From: an uncultured Pelagibacteraceae bacterium
Lineage (GTDB): Bacteria; Pseudomonadota; Alphaproteobacteria; Pelagibacterales; AG-422-B15
Direction: 5' to 3'
NCBI GenBank assembly: GCA_902544525.1
Contig: CACCCN010000004.1
Coordinates: 1,083 to 65,082 of the forward strand
DNA length: 64,000 bases
Positions 10,163 through 17,447 of this stretch are shown one piece after another (the stretch's first letter is position 1; each line of letters begins with the position of its first letter). A program made the translations under genes and the position numbers. Below the pieces are notes generated by a model that was not told the DNA's origin, did not search any database, and was given only the letters and a program-made list of their open reading frames with translations.

Positions 10163-10307
10163 CTGTATTATCAGGAACTAAACATTCTTGCTCACCTGAG
10201 CAACAAGGATCTATATTTATTTTGCAAATTGGACATTGAGAATGGCCGTGTACAACTATTGGTTGAATTTGTGAATTGCACCATAGACAAATCTCTGTTT
10301 GATTCAT
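10146..10307 (-). CDS. Unannotated 53-aa cysteine-rich zinc-ribbon-like ORF
   Basis: Hand translation of the minus strand gives MNQTEICLWCNSQIQPIVVHGHSQCPICKININPCCSGEQECLVPDNTASQEE. It has CxxC-x14-CxxC plus CC-x5-C. It fills an otherwise empty 196-bp gap and overlaps the 3' end of the convergent MBL gene by 17 nt. It falls below the 60-aa cut-off of the ORF track. Confidence 0.4.
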   Translation of the reverse strand: MNQTEICLWCNSQIQPIVVHGHSQCPICKINIDPCCSGEQECLVPDNTASQEE

Positions 10308-10358
10308 AATATGATTATTAAATATAAAAAATTTTTAATAAAGAAATAAATTTAAAGT

Positions 10359-10934
10359 ATGAATGAAGACTTAAAAAGAATATTTATAGACACTGTTACA
10401 ACTTATAATTTCTCTAACCAAGAAGTTGAAGATGCCGAAATTAAAGAAATATATGAGCTCACAAAGTGGAGTCCCACTTCGTTCAATTGTAGTCCTCTAC
10501 GATTGAGATTCTTAAAGTCCAAAGAAGCAAAAGAAAGAATTGATCCTTGTGTTATGCCGTTTAACAGGGAAAAGGTAAAGAATGCACCTGTTTGTGTAAT
10601 TTTAGCAATGGATATTGAGTTTTTTAAAGATTTACCAAGGAATTGGCCTAAAGAAGATGTTAAAGGAATATTTGAAGGTAATAAAGATTTTACTTATACA
10701 GCCTCACTAAGGAATAGCAGTTTACAAATAGGTTATTTTTTAAAAGCCGTTAACGCACTTGGTCTGGATGCAGCCTGTATGAGTGGTTTTATAAACGATG
10801 CAGTAGATAAAGAGTTTTTTCAAGGAACATCTATAAAAAGTAATATTCTATGTAATATAGGATATGGTATTGATCCAAAAGGATCTAAAAGAGGCTCAAG
10901 ATATGAATTTGATGAGGTTGCTGAGATTTTATAG
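10359..10934 (+). CDS. Nitroreductase family protein (RutE/YdjA-like)
   Basis: Nitroreductase-fold signature region WSPTSFNCSPLRLRFL. Size of 191 aa. Confidence 0.75.
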   Translation: MNEDLKRIFIDTVTTYNFSNQEVEDAEIKEIYELTKWSPTSFNCSPLRLRFLKSKEAKERIDPCVMPFNREKVKNAPVCVILAMDIEFFKDLPRNWPKEDVKGIFEGNKDFTYTASLRNSSLQIGYFLKAVNALGLDAACMSGFINDAVDKEFFQGTSIKSNILCNIGYGIDPKGSKRGSRYEFDEVAEIL

Positions 10935-10948
10935 CTTTAGTCTAAATA

Positions 10949-11926
10949 TTAAGCAGCCAAAAGATCTATATAAGTTTCCTTGAGTTTTAAAATATCTTTT
11001 GAACGTATCAATTCGTTTACATTTTGTTTGAATTTTTTGGAGCCGGGCAGTCCAAAGCACATAGCTAATAGGGGGCTCAGTAATTTGTAACCGGAAGTGT
11101 GATCAAAACTTGACTGAATATAATCAAAATATTCTTTAACTACCATTAAACGATCAATTTTAGATGGTTCTTGATTGTAAAAAACCTCATCAACATTTGT
11201 TAGTAGAAATGGATTTGATTGAATGGCTCTGCCGACCATAACTCCATCTACTTTAGACAATTGGTTTTGACAGTCTTTAAGATTAATAAACCCTCCATTA
11301 ATGATAAATTTCAAATCAGGCAGATCTTTTTTAATTTTATAAACATATTCATAATTTAAAGGTGGAATTGTTCTATTTTTTTTTGGATCCAACCCTGTTA
11401 AAAAGGCTTTACGCGCATGAATTATAAAAGTATCACAACCAGATTCAGCAACAGTACTAATAAAATTTTTAAAAAACTCATATGACTCAAATTCATCAAC
11501 ACCAATTCTACACTTGACTGAAACATGAATAGAGGTTTCCTGTATCATTGCAGTTATACAATCCCTTACCAAGTGTGATTCTTTCATTAAACAGGCACCC
11601 ATATTTCCTTGTGAAACTTTTTTGGAGGGGCATCCTACATTTAAATTAATACCATCATATCGAAATTTTTCAGCAAGATTTGCAGAATTTTTCAACAAGT
11701 CAATTTCTGATCCACCTACTTGAAGTACAACAGGATTCTCAATATCATCTTTACCTAGTAATTTATTTATATCACCTTTGTGTATTGCTTGAGCAGCAAT
11801 CATTTCTGACCACAGTAACACTTTCTTAGATATCAGACGGTATAAGTATCTTGCTTGTGGTGTTGTGACACCCATCATTGGCGCAACGGAGAATTTATAA
11901 TTTTCAGGTGTTAATTTTTTAGACAT
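10949..11926 (-). CDS. dusA: tRNA-dihydrouridine synthase A
   Basis: N-terminal FSVAPMMGVT, catalytic-region LNVGCP, and TIM-barrel Dus family length. Confidence 0.85.
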   Translation of the reverse strand: MSKKLTPENYKFSVAPMMGVTTPQARYLYRLISKKVLLWSEMIAAQAIHKGDINKLLGKDDIENPVVLQVGGSEIDLLKNSANLAEKFRYDGINLNVGCPSKKVSQGNMGACLMKESHLVRDCITAMIQETSIHVSVKCRIGVDEFESYEFFKNFISTVAESGCDTFIIHARKAFLTGLDPKKNRTIPPLNYEYVYKIKKDLPDLKFIINGGFINLKDCQNQLSKVDGVMVGRAIQSNPFLLTNVDEVFYNQEPSKIDRLMVVKEYFDYIQSSFDHTSGYKLLSPLLAMCFGLPGSKKFKQNVNELIRSKDILKLKETYIDLLAA

Positions 11927-11944
11927 ATTCTTATCAAATACTCT

Positions 11945-12526
11945 ATGATGTTATTTATGACAATAAATAATAGTTTTTTTTCACACAGAAGATCAGTCAC
12001 AGCAAAGAAAATGGTTGCAAAACCAATAAATTCTTCTGACTTAGAAAAAATTTTAGCTGCAGGAATTAGAGTTCCAGATCATGGAGCTTTGAATCCTTGG
12101 AAGTTAATTGTAATGCAAGGAGACATATTAAGAGAAATTGATGAAGAGATAATTTTAAAAGAGTTTAAAAAAGATAATCCGAATCCCTCTCAAGCTGAAA
12201 TTGAAATAGAGTCTTCTCGATTACAGCGAGGAGGAGCAGTAATTGCAGTAATTTATAAGCCAATAGATCATCCTAAGATACCAAAGTGGGAAATGCAGTT
12301 ATCATCTGCAGCCGTATGTATGAATTTATTGAATTGTGCTCAATCAATGGGTTATGCAGCACAGTGGCTCACTGAATGGTATGCATATAACAATAAAATG
12401 CTAGAAAGGCTTGGAGGAGATATAAATAAAGATCTAATTTCTGGTTTCATTTATATAGGAATGAAAATTGATGAGCCAACAGAAAGAAAACGTCCTAATC
12501 CCTCAGACGTCATAACTTATCTCTAA
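11945..12526 (+). CDS. Nitroreductase family protein
   Basis: HRRSV...PDHGALNPWK nitroreductase N-terminal motif. 193 aa. Confidence 0.75.
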   Translation: MMLFMTINNSFFSHRRSVTAKKMVAKPINSSDLEKILAAGIRVPDHGALNPWKLIVMQGDILREIDEEIILKEFKKDNPNPSQAEIEIESSRLQRGGAVIAVIYKPIDHPKIPKWEMQLSSAAVCMNLLNCAQSMGYAAQWLTEWYAYNNKMLERLGGDINKDLISGFIYIGMKIDEPTERKRPNPSDVITYL

Positions 12527-13383
12527 TTTAAACTTTTTAGATTGATCAGTATACCACTACTAATTATACAAAGAATTCCAGTTGAAACCAGTATTGAAGG
12601 TATATCATTAAAGTAAATTATACTTATAAGAACATTACTGACAATTTCAAAATAATGAATTGGAGCAAGCGAGCTTGCCTCCGCATATTGATAACCTTTT
12701 ATAATAAAAAAATGAGCTGCAATCACAATAGGTCCTAATGATATCATAGCGATTAATTGGTTTATTGATGGTGTATGCTCCCAATAAAATGGAAGAAGTA
12801 TGCTCATAATCAATGCGCCAGGAATTGCTGTGAAAGATAAAGTAATGAATGGATCTGAAACTGCATTTAATTTTCGAGTAAACATTACATAAAATGCATA
12901 GCACAAGCCTGACAAGAGGGCGTATATTGAATTAACATCAAAGCCTTTTAGGCCGGGTTGAATAATAAGAAGTGTTCCAATAAACCCTAGAGTTACACAG
13001 AAAACTTTTAAAAAAGATATTTTTTCTTTCAATACTATTGAAGAGAAAAAAACAACAATAATTGGAGCTATTAAATATAAACAAAGTGCATTAACTAATG
13101 GAATATATTTAATTGATAAAAAGAAAAATGATGTTCCCCCAAATATTAGTAAGCCGCGAAACAATTGTTGATTAGTATTTTTATTAATAAATTCCTTTTT
13201 TCCTTTTAAATAAAAAACTATGGGAACTAAAAAAAGAAAATGCCCAAAGAAACGAGACCAAATTATTTCCATAATATTGAGATTTGTACTCAAAGCTTTG
13301 GCTACAGCATCGTTAAATGGAACAATAAAAAGACCAAGCATTAAAAAGCCTGCTCCGAAAAGGATATTATTTTCTTTTGACAT
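12523..13383 (-). CDS. DMT superfamily (EamA-type) transporter
   Basis: About 10 predicted TM helices arranged as two EamA-like halves. 286 aa. Confidence 0.8.
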   Translation of the reverse strand: MSKENNILFGAGFLMLGLFIVPFNDAVAKALSTNLNIMEIIWSRFFGHFLFLVPIVFYLKGKKEFINKNTNQQLFRGLLIFGGTSFFFLSIKYIPLVNALCLYLIAPIIVVFFSSIVLKEKISFLKVFCVTLGFIGTLLIIQPGLKGFDVNSIYALLSGLCYAFYVMFTRKLNAVSDPFITLSFTAIPGALIMSILLPFYWEHTPSINQLIAMISLGPIVIAAHFFIIKGYQYAEASSLAPIHYFEIVSNVLISIIYFNDIPSILVSTGILCIISSGILINLKSLN

Positions 13384-13386
13384 TAA

Positions 13387-14565
13387 CTACTTATTGAGTT
13401 CTCGCATCGCATGATCAATTCCCTCAATTGTTAAAGGGTACATCCGATCAGAAAACAACTGTCTAATTACAGTTGTTGATGCAATTCGACCCCAATATTT
13501 TTCTGGAACTGGATTAAGCCATATAGCATTTTCGTATGTATTAAGAGTTCGAGTAAGCCACGTCTGCCCTGACTCCTCATTCCAGTACTCTACACTTCCT
13601 CCAGGGTAAGTAATTTCATATGGGCTCATTTCAGCATCGCCAACAAATATGACTTTATAGTCTGAAGGATATTTATGAAGAACATCCCAAGTACTTTGGT
13701 GTTCATTGTAACGACGGTTATTATCTTTCCAAACATAATCATATAAACAATTGTGAAAATAAAAATATTCCATATGTTTAAATTCTGTTCTTGCTGCTGA
13801 AAATAGTTCTTCACAAATTTTTATATGTGCATCCATAGATCCACCTACATCAAAAAAAATTAAAACTTTAATTTTATTTCTTCTTTCAGGAATCATTTTT
13901 ACATCTATATAACCTTTATGAGCTGTTGATTTAATAGTATCATCTAAATCAAGTTCAGTGTCTGCACCCTCTCTGGCAAATTTTCTCAAACGTCTTAGGG
14001 CTATCTTTATATTTCTTGTACCAAGCTCTACATCATCATCAAGATTTTTGAATTCTCTTTTGTCCCATACTTTTACAGCTTTCTTGTGACGACTTTCAGA
14101 TTGACCAATTCTAACTCCTTCAGGATTATAGCCATATGCACCAAAAGGGGATGTACCACCAGTTCCTATCCATTTACTTCCACCTTGATGCCTTTTTTCT
14201 TGCTCTTCAAGTCTTTGTTTGAGGGTTTCCATAAGTTTTTCCCAGCCACCAAGAGATTCAATTAATTTTTTTTCTTCATCTGTAAGATGTTTTTCACCCA
14301 TGAGTTTTAACCACTCTTCAGGAATTTCTTTTTCTTCAACTTCAGACGTATTTTCAAGACCTTTGAATGAGTGGCCAAAAACTTTGTCAAACTTATCTAA
14401 ATACCTTTCATCTTTTACTAGCGCTGATCTACTTAGATAGTAAAAATCGTTGATCTTAAATGAGTCTATGACACGCTTATTCATAGCTTCCATCAAAATT
14501 AAATATTCCTTTAGAGATACTGGTAAATTGGCATTTTTTAAATCAAAGAAAAAATTTAGAAACAT
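13387..14565 (-). CDS. VWA-domain protein, CoxE-like
   Basis: Typical N-terminus for this family (MFLNFFFDLKNANLPVSLKEY). C-terminal VWA region with a DVGGSM MIDAS-like motif. Immediately downstream of a MoxR-type ATPase. Confidence 0.75.
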   Translation of the reverse strand: MFLNFFFDLKNANLPVSLKEYLILMEAMNKRVIDSFKINDFYYLSRSALVKDERYLDKFDKVFGHSFKGLENTSEVEEKEIPEEWLKLMGEKHLTDEEKKLIESLGGWEKLMETLKQRLEEQEKRHQGGSKWIGTGGTSPFGAYGYNPEGVRIGQSESRHKKAVKVWDKREFKNLDDDVELGTRNIKIALRRLRKFAREGADTELDLDDTIKSTAHKGYIDVKMIPERRNKIKVLIFFDVGGSMDAHIKICEELFSAARTEFKHMEYFYFHNCLYDYVWKDNNRRYNEHQSTWDVLHKYPSDYKVIFVGDAEMSPYEITYPGGSVEYWNEESGQTWLTRTLNTYENAIWLNPVPEKYWGRIASTTVIRQLFSDRMYPLTIEGIDHAMRELNK

Positions 14566-14606
14566 AATTAAATTATATTAATTGATAAAGATCGACGTAA
14601 GCAATC

Positions 14607-15461
14607 TTACTCGCTAGCGTCATTTTCTCTTCTAGAAATGAACGCCAATCTCTCAAAAAGATGAACGTCTTGCTCATTTTTTAAAAGTGCCCCATGCAAT
14701 GGCGGTATTAGCTTATTAGGATCTTTTTCTTTAAGTGTTTTAGCATCAACATCATCGGTCATTAATAGTTTTAACCAATCAATCAATTCAGAGGTAGATG
14801 GTTTTTTCTTAATACCTGGTACATCTCTAATATCGTAAAATATTTTAAAAGCCTCTCTAATTAATTCACTTTTTATATCTGGAAAATGCACATCTACAAT
14901 TTGCTTCATGGTATCTACATCAGGAAACTTTATATAATGAAAAAAACATCTTCTGAGAAAGGCATCTGGAAGCTCTTTTTCATTATTGGATGTTATGATT
15001 ACGATTGGTCTTTCTTTTGCTTTAATTGTTTCGCCTGTTTCGTAGACAAAAAATTCCATTTTATCTAGCTCTAAAAGCAAATCATTTGGAAACTCTATAT
15101 CAGCCTTGTCAATCTCATCAATCAGAAGAATAGGTCTACCTTCACTTTCAAAAGCTTCCCACAACTTGCCTTTACTAATGTAATTGCTAATATCATTTAC
15201 TTTCTTATCACCGAGCTGAGAGTCTCTAAGCCTACTTACAGCATCATACTCATATAAGCCTTGTTGAGCTTTTGTCGTAGATTTAATATGCCACGTAATG
15301 ATTTTTGATCCCAATGAACTTGCAACCTCATGAGCTAACATTGTTTTACCTGTGCCAGGCTCTCCTTTAACAATAATTGGTCGTTCAAGAGTAATTGCTG
15401 CATTTACTGCGACTTTTAGGTCTTCAGTAGCTATATAAGATTTTGTGCCTTCAAATTTCAT
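14607..15461 (-). CDS. MoxR/CoxD-like AAA+ ATPase
   Basis: Walker A GEPGTGKT and Walker B LLIDEIDKA. Start set at MKFEGTK (15461). The 21-aa upstream extension in the track looks like non-coding AT-rich read-through. Confidence 0.85.
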   Translation of the reverse strand: MKFEGTKSYIATEDLKVAVNAAITLERPIIVKGEPGTGKTMLAHEVASSLGSKIITWHIKSTTKAQQGLYEYDAVSRLRDSQLGDKKVNDISNYISKGKLWEAFESEGRPILLIDEIDKADIEFPNDLLLELDKMEFFVYETGETIKAKERPIVIITSNNEKELPDAFLRRCFFHYIKFPDVDTMKQIVDVHFPDIKSELIREAFKIFYDIRDVPGIKKKPSTSELIDWLKLLMTDDVDAKTLKEKDPNKLIPPLHGALLKNEQDVHLFERLAFISRRENDASE

Positions 15462-15554
15462 GGAATTTCTTAAATTTTTTAAGGAAGATATTATATTTTT
15501 GATAATTATCAACTTAAAAACCACATATTTTAATAAAAGATAAATAATGCTTTA

Positions 15555-15583
15555 TTGACTATCAATCTAAAAAACATTAGATA
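15555..15583 (+). promoter_or_regulatory. Candidate sigma70-type promoter for dksA
   Basis: TTGACT-N17-TAGATA, located 35 nt upstream of the dksA ATG. Confidence 0.3.
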
Positions 15584-15617
15584 GTTTCCACGTAAAATAA
15601 CTCTATAAGGTAATATT

Positions 15618-16031
15618 ATGGCTACAAAACTTCCAAAAAATTATAGACCTTCTCAAGATGAGAAATTCATGAATGCAAAACAAAAAGAATTTTTCAGAGT
15701 TAAATTAAATGACTGGAAGTCTGAAATTTATAAAGAAAGTAGAGAGACAGTAGAAAACTTACAAGATTCAAATTCTCCAGCTGATATATCAGATCGAGCT
15801 ACCCAAGAGTCTGAAAAGGCACTTGAGCTTAGAACTAGAGATAGACAAAGAAAACTTATTGGCAAGATTGATGCAGCAATTTCAAGAATAGATAATGGTA
15901 CCTATGGTTATTGCGAGGTTACAGGAGAACCAATTGGGCTCGCCAGGCTAGAAGCAAGGCCGGTAACTACGTTGAGTATTGAGGCTCAAGAAATGCATGA
16001 AAGATCTGAAAAGCTCCACTCAGACGATTAG
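15618..16031 (+). CDS. dksA: RNA polymerase-binding transcription factor DksA, cysteine-poor variant
   Basis: Coiled-coil tip DxxDxA motif (DISDRA). The C-terminal region GYCEVTGEPIGLARLEARPVTTLSIEAQ aligns to the DksA zinc finger but retains only one Cys. Confidence 0.85.
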   Translation: MATKLPKNYRPSQDEKFMNAKQKEFFRVKLNDWKSEIYKESRETVENLQDSNSPADISDRATQESEKALELRTRDRQRKLIGKIDAAISRIDNGTYGYCEVTGEPIGLARLEARPVTTLSIEAQEMHERSEKLHSDD

Positions 16032-16143
16032 TTCAAAATATCAACAGTATTTTCAAGATTTATTAGTTACTAATATAACTAATTGCTAATTTGCATTAAT
16101 ATCTAATTTAGAATCATTGTTTGTAAATATTTGATTTATCATA

Positions 16144-16158
16144 GAACATTGTTTGAAC
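16144..16158. promoter_or_regulatory. Alphaproteobacterial LexA (SOS) box, GAAC-N7-GAAC
   Basis: Exact GAACATTGTTTGAAC, about 100 nt upstream of the recA ATG. Confidence 0.6.
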
Positions 16159-16209
16159 ATAAGTCAAATTATACAATAAAAACAATATTTTAAAAGTATT
16201 TGTAAAATA

Positions 16210-16224
16210 GAACAAAATGTGTAC
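16210..16224. promoter_or_regulatory. Second, imperfect SOS-box-like motif, GAAC-N7-GTAC
   Basis: GAACAAAATGTGTAC, 36 nt upstream of the recA ATG. One half-site deviates from consensus. Confidence 0.4.
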
Positions 16225-16259
16225 ATTTAGTTAATTAATATTTTAACTGGAGGTCACAA

Positions 16260-17366
16260 ATGAGCAAAGCGACGACAAACTTGAAGATAGTAGACGAAAA
16301 TAAACTAGACACTGCGGGCAAAACAAAAGCCTTAGATGTAGCTTTATCTCAAATTGAACAAGCTTACGGTAAAGGCTCTGTCATGAAACTTGGCCAAAGA
16401 AGTGCCATGGATGTCGAGTCAATTTCAACTGGATCAATTTCTCTAGATATTGCTTTGGGCATTGGCGGATTGCCAAAAGGCAGAATTGTTGAGGTTTACG
16501 GACCTGAGTCTTCTGGTAAGACAACACTAGCTTTACATGTAATTGCTGAAGCACAAAAGCAAGGCGAAAATTGCGCATTTATAGATGCTGAGCATGCGTT
16601 AGATCCAGCATATGCAAAAAAACTTGGGGTTAATATAGATGAGTTGATTATTTCACAACCAGATACAGGTGAGCAAGCACTTGAAATAACTGACTCCCTT
16701 GTCAGATCAAAAGCAATATCTGTCTTAGTCGTTGATTCGGTTGCGGCACTTGTGCCTAGAGCAGAAATTGAAGGCGAGATGGGTGACTCACATATGGGAT
16801 TACAAGCTAGATTAATGAGTCAGGCTTTAAGAAAATTAACAGGGTCAGTATCTAAATCAAACTGCATGGTAATATTTATCAATCAAATCCGAATGAAAAT
16901 TGGAGTAATGTTTGGTAGCCCAGAAACTACAGCTGGTGGTAATGCTTTAAAATTTTATTCATCATGCAGACTAGATATTAGAAGAATAGGGGCAATCAAA
17001 GATAAAGAAGAGATTATTGGTAATCAAACAAGAGTTAAGGTCGTAAAAAATAAAGTAGCACCACCATTTAAAGTAGTTGAATTTGATATAATGTACGGTG
17101 AGGGTATTTCTAAATTGGGTGAATTAGTTGATACCGGTGTAAAAATTGGGATTATAGATAAAGCTGGTGCATGGTTTTCATATAACGGTGATAAAATAGG
17201 ACAGGGAAGAGAAAATTCTAAAATATTCCTTAATGATAATCCTAATGTTGCTCAAGAGATTGAATCCAAAATCAGAGATTACTATAAAGATAATGAGCAA
17301 GAGCTGCTGGAAGAAGTTGCAAAAGCTGAGCCTTCACCTGAAGAGGTTCAAGAGCCAGCAGAATAA
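16260..17366 (+). CDS. recA: Recombinase A
   Basis: Walker [10 protein letters not shown] plus the diagnostic [28 protein letters not shown] block. GGAGG RBS 6 nt upstream. Confidence 0.98.
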   Translation: MSKATTNLKIVDENKLDTAGKTKALDVALSQIEQAYGKGSVMKLGQRSAMDVESISTGSISLDIALGIGGLPKGRIVEVYGPESSGKTTLALHVIAEAQKQGENCAFIDAEHALDPAYAKKLGVNIDELIISQPDTGEQALEITDSLVRSKAISVLVVDSVAALVPRAEIEGEMGDSHMGLQARLMSQALRKLTGSVSKSNCMVIFINQIRMKIGVMFGSPETTAGGNALKFYSSCRLDIRRIGAIKDKEEIIGNQTRVKVVKNKVAPPFKVVEFDIMYGEGISKLGELVDTGVKIGIIDKAGAWFSYNGDKIGQGRENSKIFLNDNPNVAQEIESKIRDYYKDNEQELLEEVAKAEPSPEEVQEPAE

Positions 17367-17394
17367 TATATTTTTCCTTAGGTTGAAGCAATTA

Positions 17395-17422
17395 GGGCGC
17401 GTAAAGCGCCCTTTTGCGTTTT
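17395..17422 (+). terminator. Rho-independent terminator after recA
   Basis: GGGCGC-gtaaa-GCGCCC hairpin followed by TTTTGCGTTTT. It is the only strongly GC-rich hairpin in the window. Confidence 0.8.
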
Positions 17423-17447
17423 AGCAATATAGTGGTATATCTTAATC

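Noticed and set aside
15462-15524. 21-aa N-terminal extension of the MoxR-like ATPase (MVFKLIIIKNIISSLKNLRNS).
   Set aside because: It has a low-complexity AT-rich composition, and the family normally starts close to the MKFEG-type sequence.
16111-16126. Third LexA-box-like sequence GAATCATTGTTTGTAA upstream of recA.
   Set aside because: Both half-sites deviate from consensus and the spacer is 8 nt, not 7. It is probably a decayed duplicate of the adjacent perfect box.
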